NCBI GenBank assembly: GCA_046542915.1
Contig: JBKHAI010000001.1
Span: 1 to 34,670, forward strand
Length of the DNA: 34,670 nucleotides
From: Minisyncoccota bacterium
GTDB lineage: Bacteria > Patescibacteriota > Minisyncoccia > Phycocordibacterales > CSBR16-193
Direction: 5' to 3'
Positions 24,433-32,696 of the stretch are shown one piece after another. The stretch's first letter is position 1. Every line of letters begins with the position of its first letter. Both the position numbers and the translations under genes were made by a program. The notes under the pieces are model-generated. The model saw only the letters and a list, made by a program, of their open reading frames with translations. It did not search any database and was not told where the DNA came from.

Positions 24433-26127
24433 ATGTGTTTTATGGTTGAGTTTAATGAAGACAAACAACTAGCCAGAGTGAGTGATTTCAAAAAGCAAGA
24501 GCAGGAACACCTAGCTCAACGTCTGGCAAAAAAACATGACTTACCGTACGCCGATCTTTCTTTGACCACCATAAAAACGAGTGCCGTCAGTATTCTATCA
24601 GAAGAAGAAGCCCGGGAAGGTCATATGGTCATTTTTGAAAAAATAAATCAGAACCTAAAGGTCGGAGTGCAGTCTCCGGATTATGAAAAGACGAAAGAAA
24701 TAATAGAGAAATTAAAAGGTCAAGGTTTTAACCTGGAACTATATGTCGTTTCTAATGAAAGTTTGAGGTTAAGCTGGAAACTTTATGAAGACATCAAGTT
24801 AACCAGGAAGAAAGAAGCCGGATCTTTTCAGATATCCCAAGATGCTCTGAAAAAATTAGAAAAGGAGCTAGAAAGTATAGAAGACGTTAATCGTCACATA
24901 AAAAAAATAACCCAAAAAAGCGCCTCTGCCGACACCTCGGAGGTTCTGGAGGTTGTCTTGGCCGGCTCTCTTTCTTTAGAGGCTTCCGATCTTCATTTTG
25001 AACCAACAGAACAAGACCTGAGATTAAGATATCGAATAGACGGTTCCTTGGTAGATATCGCGACCATTCCAAAAAAGATATACTCTCATATCCTATCAAG
25101 GGTCAAATTACTCTCGGGAGTAAAACTTAATATAGGAAATCAAGCTCAAGACGGACGGTTTAGTATTAATGTAGGAAAAGAGCAGAATATAGAGATCAGA
25201 ACCTCTATTATTCCCGGAGGCAATGGTGAATCGATCGTTTTGCGAATACTGGATCCTGATAACATCTCCATTCCCTTGGAAAAAATGGGGATGAGAGAGC
25301 AAATGTTTAACATTTTCATAGAAGAGATCCATAAACCCAACGGTATGATCTTAACAACAGGCCCAACCGGTTCCGGAAAAACAACCACTCTTTATGCTTC
25401 CATGAAAAAGATCTATACCCCGGAAAAAAAGATCCTTACCATAGAAAACCCTATTGAGTATCACCTGGAAGGTATCGTCCAGACTCAGACGGACCACGCT
25501 CGGGGTTATACCTTTTCTGAAGGACTACGATCAGCTCTAAGACAAGACCCCGATGTTATAATGGTGGGAGAGATCAGAGATGAGGAAACGGCGGAAATAG
25601 CCGTAAATGCGGCTCTTACCGGACACCTGGTCTTCTCCACTTTACACACCAACAACGCGGCGGGGACATTTCCGCGCCTTATTGATCTGGGAATAAATGA
25701 CAAAACGTTAGGTTCCGCCATAAACCTTTCTATGGCTCAACGATTGGTCAGAAAAGTATGCCGGAACTGCGCAAAAAAAAGAAGATTAAAAGATCATGAA
25801 AAAGCCACAATTGAACCGATCTTAACTTCCATAGAAAAGGTCTTCACACTTGAAGGTGTTCAGAAAGAATGGACACTGGAGCCGGTCGGATGTGACGAGT
25901 GTCATAACACCGGATATAAGGGAAGGATCGGTGTTTACGAAGGAATAAAAATGGATCAAACCATAGAAGATCTGGTGATCAACAACCCCAGCGAAAGAGA
26001 GATCCAAAAAGCCGCTCTCTCCCAAGGAATATTGAATATGCAACAGGACGGAGTTTTGAAAGTCCTTGAAGGAATTACTTCCTATGAAGAAATTGACGGC
26101 ATCGTCTCTTTAAGAGGATTCCAATAG
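24433..26127 (+). CDS. pilB: Type IV pilus / type II secretion family ATPase (PilB/GspE)
   Basis: Walker A GPTGSGKTTT, Walker B/Asp box DPDVIMVGEIRD, His box GHLVFSTLHTN and a tetracysteine motif (CRNC…CDEC). No other pilus genes occur in the window. Confidence 0.85.
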   Translation: MCFMVEFNEDKQLARVSDFKKQEQEHLAQRLAKKHDLPYADLSLTTIKTSAVSILSEEEAREGHMVIFEKINQNLKVGVQSPDYEKTKEIIEKLKGQGFNLELYVVSNESLRLSWKLYEDIKLTRKKEAGSFQISQDALKKLEKELESIEDVNRHIKKITQKSASADTSEVLEVVLAGSLSLEASDLHFEPTEQDLRLRYRIDGSLVDIATIPKKIYSHILSRVKLLSGVKLNIGNQAQDGRFSINVGKEQNIEIRTSIIPGGNGESIVLRILDPDNISIPLEKMGMREQMFNIFIEEIHKPNGMILTTGPTGSGKTTTLYASMKKIYTPEKKILTIENPIEYHLEGIVQTQTDHARGYTFSEGLRSALRQDPDVIMVGEIRDEETAEIAVNAALTGHLVFSTLHTNNAAGTFPRLIDLGINDKTLGSAINLSMAQRLVRKVCRNCAKKRRLKDHEKATIEPILTSIEKVFTLEGVQKEWTLEPVGCDECHNTGYKGRIGVYEGIKMDQTIEDLVINNPSEREIQKAALSQGILNMQQDGVLKVLEGITSYEEIDGIVSLRGFQ

Positions 26128-26223
26128 ACCAAAAGTGGTGGCTGCTTGCACGAGATGCCAAGTTAAGCAATAATAAGGTCAGTTTGAAAGAAAATAAACC
26201 TTCAAACTAATATGATCTCCTTA

Positions 26224-26359
26224 CCTTACACCTCCAAACAACGGGTTTAGCTTTTGGTTACTCACTGAGGATAACCCCAGAGGTGATCCAGAGTGTCCTT
26301 GTTCGTAACTTGCTATGAAAATGTTGTTTGGAGATGCAAAATAAGGATGTGCTTATTTT
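26224..26359 (+). ncRNA. Candidate structured RNA element (identity and strand unknown)
   Basis: Hand-found nested helices: CTCCAAACAAC (26232..26242) pairs with GTTGTTTGGAG (26323..26333); inner helix AGC…GTTAC (26249..26261) pairs with GTAAC…GCT (26305..26314); outer helix CCTTA (26224..26228) pairs with TAAGG (26342..26346). The outer helix competes with the hairpin AAAATAAG-gatgtg-CTTATTTT (26338..26359). Confidence 0.3.
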
Positions 26360-26427
26360 CGACGATAACTTTAAAGGAACAAATAAAATAAATATTGTCA
26401 ATGCAAAAGTAGCATATTAATTTTTAT

Positions 26428-27423
26428 ATGTCAAGCGAATATAAAGAAGAAGATAACTTAAGGTCCCTGGATAAGGCATTAAGACCGAAAAACTGGGAAG
26501 ACTATGTCGGTCAAGAATCAATTAAAGAGAACCTGGAGATACTAATAAAAGCCGCCAAAGAAAGAGAACAGTCGCCGGAGCATATCTTGTTCTACGGACC
26601 ACCGGGATTAGGAAAAACCACCCTCACCCACTTAATAGCCAAAGAGACCGGAAGCCAAATGAAGATAACCTCGGGCCCGGCGATAGAAAAGGTAGGCGAT
26701 CTGGCGTCAGTGATAACAAACCTCTCACCTAATGACGTACTTTTTATAGACGAAGTTCACCGATTGAACAAAAGCGTTGAAGAAGTTTTATATCCGGCTA
26801 TGGAATCAGGTTCACTGGATATTATCCTCGGTAAGGGACCTTCTGCCAGAACCATACAACTGGAACTTCCCCCTTTTACGCTCATCGCCGCCACTACCAA
26901 GATATCCTTGATCTCTTCTCCTTTAAGGAGCCGGTTCTCGGGCGGAGTATTTCGATTAGAATTCTATAAAGAAGAAGAGATAGGAGAAATACTAAAAAGA
27001 TCGGCAAATATGTTGGGTGTTGAAATTAACGAGAACACGGTTCTAGATATAGCCAGAAGAAGCCGGTTCACACCCCGGTCCGCAAATTATCTTTTAAAAA
27101 GATGCCGGGATTACGCCCAAGTGCATAAAAAAAACAGCATAGACAAAAGCGTCGCGGAGAATGTTTTTTCCCTTTTGGGTATTGACGGTGTCGGCTTAAC
27201 TCAAGCCGACAGGTTAATGTTAGAAGTGGTGATCACTAATTTTAACGGCGGACCGGTCGGTTTGAACACCATCGCTGCCTCTCTCTGCGAAGAAAAAGGA
27301 ACGCTGGAAGAATACAATGAACCGTATCTGATCCAAATAGGCTTCCTTGAAAGAACACCCAGAGGCAGGGTTGTTACCCAAAAGGCCTATCAGCACCTAG
27401 GTAAAGATACGGGTGAAAAATAA
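26428..27423 (+). CDS. ruvB: Holliday junction DNA helicase RuvB
   Basis: LRPKNWEDYVGQ…, Walker A GPPGLGKTTL, Walker B LFIDEVHRL and sensor residues. The 331-aa length is typical. Confidence 0.95.
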   Translation: MSSEYKEEDNLRSLDKALRPKNWEDYVGQESIKENLEILIKAAKEREQSPEHILFYGPPGLGKTTLTHLIAKETGSQMKITSGPAIEKVGDLASVITNLSPNDVLFIDEVHRLNKSVEEVLYPAMESGSLDIILGKGPSARTIQLELPPFTLIAATTKISLISSPLRSRFSGGVFRLEFYKEEEIGEILKRSANMLGVEINENTVLDIARRSRFTPRSANYLLKRCRDYAQVHKKNSIDKSVAENVFSLLGIDGVGLTQADRLMLEVVITNFNGGPVGLNTIAASLCEEKGTLEEYNEPYLIQIGFLERTPRGRVVTQKAYQHLGKDTGEK

Positions 27424-27445
27424 TTACCCTTAAAATAAATAAAAT

Positions 27446-27976
27446 ATGTCAGGACATAATAAATGGTCAAAAGTTAAACACAAAAAAGCGGCCACAGACG
27501 CTCAAAAAAGCAAACAGTTCTCAAAACTGTCAAAGTTAATAACTATGGAGGTAAAAAAAGCCGGAGGAGACACCGAAAACTCCGGAGTAAGAAAAGCAAT
27601 AGAACAAGCCAAAGCGGTGAATATGCCTAATGACAACATTGAAAAAGCTATAAAAAGGGCCAAGAACTCCGATGAAAAAGATATGGAGAAAGTGACCTAT
27701 GAGGCCTATGGACCGGAAGGAGTTGCTATGATCATAGAAGGATTAACAGACAACAGAAATAGAACCGCCGCGGAGGTTAAAAGTATTCTTTCAAAACACG
27801 GAATTGAGCTTGCGGTCCCGGGTTCCGCCACTTGGGCGTTTAATAAAAATGAAGGAAGTTACGAAACAAAAACCCCGGTTAAGATCACGGGATCCTCTAA
27901 AGAGAAGTTATCTTCTATAATAGAAAGTCTGGAAGAAAGTGAGGATATCCAAGAAATATATACAAATGCCGAATAA
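27446..27976 (+). CDS. yebC: YebC/PmpR-family protein, compact 176-aa form
   Basis: MSGHNKWSKVKHKKAATDAQKSKQFSKL… and YEAYGPEGVAMIIEGLTDNRNRTAAEV match YebC. The C-terminus (…IESLEESEDIQEIYTNAE) also matches. About 60 aa of the usual middle subdomain are missing. Confidence 0.85.
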   Translation: MSGHNKWSKVKHKKAATDAQKSKQFSKLSKLITMEVKKAGGDTENSGVRKAIEQAKAVNMPNDNIEKAIKRAKNSDEKDMEKVTYEAYGPEGVAMIIEGLTDNRNRTAAEVKSILSKHGIELAVPGSATWAFNKNEGSYETKTPVKITGSSKEKLSSIIESLEESEDIQEIYTNAE

Positions 27977-28463
27977 TTTAAAAGTTCTGGGAATAGATCC
28001 CGGTTATGAACGCCTAGGAATGGCGGTTATAGAAAAAAAGGAGACCGGCAAAGAGTTTTTGGTCTTTTCTGATTGTATTAAAACATCCAATAAAGAGGAA
28101 CACTGGAATAGATTATATAAAATAAATCTGGCTCTGGAAGAATGTATCAAAAGAGACCAACCGGAAGTGTTGGCCATTGAAACACTTTTTTTTAATACCA
28201 ACCAAAAAACGGCCATAAAAGTAGCCGAGGTTAGAGGAGTGATCATGTCCACTGCGGCTAAATACGGAATGAAGGTTAAAGAATTCAATCCCCTTCAAGT
28301 AAAACAAGCTATCACCGGTTACGGTAGAAGTGAAAAAAGACAGGTCATCGCAACTTTACCTTATATAATAAAAATAGATAAAAAAATAAAATATGATGAT
28401 GAATTTGATGCGATCGCCGTGGCTTTAGCGTGTTCGGCAACACTAAGTAGCCTTAGAATTTGA
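27966..28463 (+). CDS. ruvC: Crossover junction endodeoxyribonuclease RuvC
   Basis: KVLGIDPGYERLGMAVIE, LAIETLFFNTN and DEFDAIAVAL provide the catalytic acidic residues. I prefer the ATG at 27966 (MPNNLKVLG…) over the track start at 27939, which overlaps yebC. Confidence 0.9.
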   Translation: MPNNLKVLGIDPGYERLGMAVIEKKETGKEFLVFSDCIKTSNKEEHWNRLYKINLALEECIKRDQPEVLAIETLFFNTNQKTAIKVAEVRGVIMSTAAKYGMKVKEFNPLQVKQAITGYGRSEKRQVIATLPYIIKIDKKIKYDDEFDAIAVALACSATLSSLRI

Positions 28464-28499
28464 AAAGTTGCATTTTTTAAAAAATTTGATAAAAATATA

Positions 28500-28706
28500 T
28501 TGTTAATAGAATTAAAAAGTTCTTTAAAAAATATGAGGGATAATTTGGAAAATTTTTATTCAAACTTTGAAGACATTGATGATGATATTCCAGAAGACGA
28601 AGAAGATGAGATGGAGAGTATTGTAGAAAGTTCTTTTTTGGAAGCAAATAACCAAACGTTTGATGAAGACGATATTCCGGAAATACCGGATCTTGAAGAA
28701 GAATAG
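28500..28706 (+). CDS. Hyper-acidic micro-protein (57-68 aa), hypothetical
   Basis: The track start is TTG; an in-frame ATG lies at 28533. The sequence is …NFEDIDDDIPEDEEDEMESIVESS…FDEDDIPEIPDLEEE. A clean terminator hairpin follows, which favours it being a real transcription unit. Confidence 0.4.
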   Translation: MLIELKSSLKNMRDNLENFYSNFEDIDDDIPEDEEDEMESIVESSFLEANNQTFDEDDIPEIPDLEEE

Positions 28707-28727
28707 ATCAGTACTTATCGTTTTAAG

Positions 28728-28752
28728 ACCTCCAAGAAAATTGGAGGTTTTA
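28728..28752 (+). terminator. Rho-independent terminator-like hairpin
   Basis: ACCTCCAA (28728..28735), loop gaaaa, TTGGAGGT (28741..28748), followed by TTTAAT. Confidence 0.55.
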
Positions 28753-28842
28753 ATATAATAAGCATCGCCTATTGACCAAATAACTGAATGATCTTATTAT
28801 TAACGTCTCAAGCAAGCTCTTCTATTAATTTTCATAATAAAA

Positions 28843-31080
28843 ATGTTTAGACTGTCTGTCCTTAAATATATTTTAATATTTTTTACCGCTCTGGCGATAT
28901 TTTCCTTGGGATTTTTTATATTTTGGATAGCAACTTTAAAAATACCGCACCTGGATTCATTTGATGACAGAAAAGTGGAAGAAACCACAAAGATATACGC
29001 TAGAGACGGTGAAACTCTTCTTTTTGACGTTTTTGAGCATGCCCGAAGAACACCGGTTTCTTTTGAGGAAATAAGTAATAATATAAAATATGCCACTTTA
29101 GCTATTGAAGATAGCGGTTTTTATGAGCACATCGGTATTGAGCCCAAAGCAATTATAAGAGCTACACTAGTAAATTTAAAGACCGGCGATTTTACTCAAG
29201 GAGGTTCCACTTTAACTCAACAGGTCGTAAAAAACTCGGTTTTAACTACAGATAAGGTATTATCCCGAAAGTTAAAAGAGTGGATATTTTCCATTAGGTT
29301 GGAGCAATCAATGGATAAAGATACTATTTTTGAGTTTTATTTGAACGAAACACCTTACGGAGGAAATATTTATGGAGTTGAACAAGCCAGCCGATCTTTT
29401 TTTGGGAAATCTGCTTCAGAAGTAAATGTTGCTGAAGCGGCCTATCTAGCGGCTCTTCCCGTGGCTCCCACTAAACTTTCACCTTACGGATCCAATCGTG
29501 ATCTACTGGATCAAAGACAAGAATTTATTTTAAAAGAAATGTATCTTAATGAATTTATAAACAAAGAAGAGTACGAGAGTGCTTTAGATGAAGAAGTGGA
29601 GTTCAAAAGTAAAGAAGAAAATAACATTAAAGCCCCTCATTTTGTAATGTATGTCCAAGAATATCTGGAAACTAAATACGGAGTAGATATTTTTGAGCGT
29701 GGCGGTCTTCGAGTTACCACCAGTTTGGATCATGATCTACAGAAGGAAGCTGAAGACCTGGCTTTAGAACACGCCTTAAGGAACGAGAATAATTTTGGTG
29801 CAGAAAATATATCAATGACGGCTATAGAACCTCAAACCGGTGAGATCTTGGTAATGGTGGGTTCTCGTGATTATTCTGATCCGGAAATAGAAGGAAACTA
29901 TAATATCACAACCTCGCTTAGACAACCCGGTTCAGCTTTTAAACCGTTTGCTTACGCTCAGGCCTTTAAAAGAGGATATACTCCGGAAACCGTGCTTTTT
30001 GATCTTAAAACACAGTTTTCAACAGCTTGTAAGCCTTATGAATTAAAACATGAATATCCTTGTTATTCCCCTCAAAACTATGATGGAATTTTTAGAGGCC
30101 CGATGAGTATGAGAGATGCTTTAGCTCAATCAGTTAACATACCGGCGGTCAAAACACTACATTTAGCCGGGTTGGAAGAAACAGGTGAACTGGCCAAAGA
30201 TATGGGCTTAAAAAATTTAAATAAAATTGACTCTTATGGTTTAACTATGGTCTTAGGAGGCGGAGAAGTTTCTTTACTTAACTTAACCAGTGCTTATGGA
30301 GTTTTTGCCAATGAAGGTGTACGCGTAGAACATATACCCGTCCTAAAAATAGAAAACAACAACGGAGAGGTTTTGGAAGAACACCAACCGGTCAGAAAAA
30401 GAGTGCTGGATAAAGATATCGCTTTGCAAATATCTGATATTTTATCCGACAATAACGCCCGAACCCCGGCTTTTGGGCAAAACTCACTTCTTAATTTCTC
30501 CGATCATGATGTCGCTGTAAAAACAGGAACAACTAATGATTATAAAGACGCTTGGATAGTCGGATATACTCCCGACATAGCTGTGGGAGCATGGGCCGGA
30601 AATAACGACGGAAGTTCAATGCATAAAAGAGTAGCCAGTTTTATAATATCCCCTTTTTGGAGAGACTTTATGGAACCTGTGATACAACAAGGTGAAGTTT
30701 CTTCCTTTCCCGAGCCACCAAAAGAAGACCAAGATGAACTAAAACCTGTTCTAAGAGGACAGTGGCAAGTAAAAGAAACTACTCAAAAAAATAATGAGGA
30801 AGATGATGATGAAGATGATGATGAAGATGAAGTTGAAGAAACCACAAAAGTTCACTCTATACTACATTGGGTAAATAAAGAAGATCCACGAGGTGATCAT
30901 CCATCTGATCCGGCAAGTGATTCCCTATATTTTTATTGGGAACACCCTATACAAGAATGGGCTACTGAACAAGGAATAGGTGTAGAAATAGAAGAAAAAA
31001 TAGAGGATAAGGATATTGAAACGGAAGAAGAGGATAAAAACATTCCGGAAGAAGCAGTCAATGAGGAAACCGGTATTTGA
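28843..31080 (+). CDS. mrcA: Bifunctional class A penicillin-binding protein (PBP1A: GT51 glycosyltransferase plus transpeptidase) with an acidic C-terminal tail
   Basis: N-terminal TM segment. GT51 motifs EDSGFYEH, GGSTLTQQ and RKLKE. Transpeptidase motifs SAFKP (SxxK), SVN (SxN) and KTGTT. The ~120-aa D/E-rich tail includes EEDDDEDDDEDEVEE. Confidence 0.9.
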   Translation: MFRLSVLKYILIFFTALAIFSLGFFIFWIATLKIPHLDSFDDRKVEETTKIYARDGETLLFDVFEHARRTPVSFEEISNNIKYATLAIEDSGFYEHIGIEPKAIIRATLVNLKTGDFTQGGSTLTQQVVKNSVLTTDKVLSRKLKEWIFSIRLEQSMDKDTIFEFYLNETPYGGNIYGVEQASRSFFGKSASEVNVAEAAYLAALPVAPTKLSPYGSNRDLLDQRQEFILKEMYLNEFINKEEYESALDEEVEFKSKEENNIKAPHFVMYVQEYLETKYGVDIFERGGLRVTTSLDHDLQKEAEDLALEHALRNENNFGAENISMTAIEPQTGEILVMVGSRDYSDPEIEGNYNITTSLRQPGSAFKPFAYAQAFKRGYTPETVLFDLKTQFSTACKPYELKHEYPCYSPQNYDGIFRGPMSMRDALAQSVNIPAVKTLHLAGLEETGELAKDMGLKNLNKIDSYGLTMVLGGGEVSLLNLTSAYGVFANEGVRVEHIPVLKIENNNGEVLEEHQPVRKRVLDKDIALQISDILSDNNARTPAFGQNSLLNFSDHDVAVKTGTTNDYKDAWIVGYTPDIAVGAWAGNNDGSSMHKRVASFIISPFWRDFMEPVIQQGEVSSFPEPPKEDQDELKPVLRGQWQVKETTQKNNEEDDDEDDDEDEVEETTKVHSILHWVNKEDPRGDHPSDPASDSLYFYWEHPIQEWATEQGIGVEIEEKIEDKDIETEEEDKNIPEEAVNEETGI

Positions 31081-31081
31081 T

Positions 31082-31339
31082 CTATAAAATATTTACAATA
31101 TCAGCTGAACCACCTTTTTCTTTAAATATTTTTAAAATATTTTCTTTTCTAATAAGAATTTCGTTTTTTATAACTGAGTTACAGTTAATAAAAATGGTGT
31201 CGTTTTTGATCGAAAAATTTTCCGGAGGGATCACGATGTTTAACTCTTCTTTTACGGTCTCACTTAAAAGATCTTGAGTGGCTTTTCGTGAATTAAGAGC
31301 ATTTTTAAAACGACCAAGTATTTCCGATACTTTTTCCAT
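31082..31339 (-). CDS. DUF721 / DciA-like small protein downstream of dnaN
   Basis: 85 aa. Its position directly after dnaN and its overall pattern (…IVIPPENFSIKNDTIFINCNSVIKNEILIRKENILKIF…) resemble DUF721 proteins. The assignment is made by eye only. Confidence 0.45.
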   Translation of the reverse strand: MEKVSEILGRFKNALNSRKATQDLLSETVKEELNIVIPPENFSIKNDTIFINCNSVIKNEILIRKENILKIFKEKGGSADIVNIL

Positions 31340-31341
31340 TT

Positions 31342-32448
31342 TTATTTATTCATCGGCATTATTAATTGAGTCAGAGAATCATCGTTAACACCTTTTATGG
31401 TTAAGGGTTTATTTAATCCCTCAAATCCTAAAATTACGCTCTCTGAATTAAAATAAGGAAGGCAGTCCGATATATATTTATGATTAAAAGTTATCTCTAT
31501 ATCCTCCCCTTCTATCTTGGCATCAATATTGGTCGTATTGGTCCCGATATGAGAATTACTGGTTTCAATCGTAAGGTCTTTACCAGAACTTGAGATAATA
31601 AACTTAACTTGATTAAACTCTCCGGAAAAGATGGAATTTATTTTAAGAGCGGAAACCAGATCTTCTTTTAAGAGAGTAGCTTTTGTTTTAAATTCCTTTG
31701 GTATTATTTGTTGATAGTCAGGGAAGTTACCATTGATCGTTCTTGATGTGACCAAAGAATCCTTGGTTGTAAAAGATATTTGATTTTCATCAATAGATAT
31801 ACTGACATCACTATACTCATTTATGATCTTAATGATGTTTTGAGTGTTTTTGTAAGGTAAAAGAACGGAGATACCTTCAATATCGGAATTTATATCTATC
31901 TTTTTTTCGGATAATCTGAAAAAATCCGTAGCTACAAAATATAATTTATTCTCTTTTTCATAGACATAAATACTGGAAAGTTCCGGTTTAATATTCGATG
32001 TAGAAGCACTAAACCAAACGGATCTTACACCCTCTTCTAAAGATGAGGTTGGAATATTGAAAACACCCTTTTCACCATCCGCTTGCGGTATATTGGGAAA
32101 ATCATCAGCAGGATAAGTATTTAATTTTGTAGAAGTTTTTTGAGTTCTTATCGTAACAAAATTATCTTCGTCACCCTTTTCCAGAACAACTTTACCTTTT
32201 TCATCAATATTGGAAAAAAGATGGGTTACCACATCCCCGGGAACCGCAAAACTTCCTTTATTATGAACCTTTCCGGCTACTTCAGTCTCAACTCCGATAT
32301 CAAGGTTAGTGGCCTTTAAAGTTATGTTCTTTTCAGAAACATCAAATAGAATACATTTAAGAACCGGTAGGGTCGGATTCTTAACCGTCACCTTTTCCAG
32401 TTTTTGGAGGGCTTTATGCAGTTTATCTTTAGTACATTCTATTTTCAT
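31342..32448 (-). CDS. dnaN: DNA polymerase III beta sliding clamp
   Basis: 368 aa. It has a typical N-terminus (MKIECTKDKLHKALQKLEKV…NPTLPVLKCILF) and sits directly downstream of dnaA. Confidence 0.9.
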   Translation of the reverse strand: MKIECTKDKLHKALQKLEKVTVKNPTLPVLKCILFDVSEKNITLKATNLDIGVETEVAGKVHNKGSFAVPGDVVTHLFSNIDEKGKVVLEKGDEDNFVTIRTQKTSTKLNTYPADDFPNIPQADGEKGVFNIPTSSLEEGVRSVWFSASTSNIKPELSSIYVYEKENKLYFVATDFFRLSEKKIDINSDIEGISVLLPYKNTQNIIKIINEYSDVSISIDENQISFTTKDSLVTSRTINGNFPDYQQIIPKEFKTKATLLKEDLVSALKINSIFSGEFNQVKFIISSSGKDLTIETSNSHIGTNTTNIDAKIEGEDIEITFNHKYISDCLPYFNSESVILGFEGLNKPLTIKGVNDDSLTQLIMPMNK

Positions 32449-32696
32449 AAATATTTTTTAAATTATCTTCTTTCTCCTTATTATTTATCAAGTTAATATG
32501 TGGATTTCTGATTTTATGGCTAGTAATAATGTTTTTTTATTAAAATTAGTTTTTGTTAACTGTTGATAATTTTGTGGATATAGATGATCTTATTTTTCTA
32601 TTATTTTAAACTCAGAGTTTTTAAACAATAAAATGTGACCTTATATACAACTTAATTCATCTTTTATACAACACTTTTCCCTTTATTATCCACATC
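32449..32696. promoter_or_regulatory. oriC candidate in the dnaA-dnaN intergenic region, with DnaA boxes and an AT-rich tract
   Basis: Perfect TTATCCACA at 32686..32694. TGTGGATAT at 32573..32581 has 1 mismatch as a reverse complement. TGTGGATTT at 32499..32507 has 2 mismatches. A very AT-rich stretch at 32521..32572 is a possible DNA-unwinding element. Confidence 0.65.

Noticed and set aside
26128-26427. Assigning the structured intergenic region to SRP RNA, tmRNA, RNase P RNA or 6S RNA
   Set aside because: I could not find the SRP domain IV motif (…GGAA…AGCAGC symmetric loop), a tRNA-like acceptor/T-arm with a tag ORF, or the RNase P P4/GGAAAGUCC elements on either strand. GCAAGCAGCC on the minus strand is only a fragmentary resemblance. 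The region is reported as unknown.
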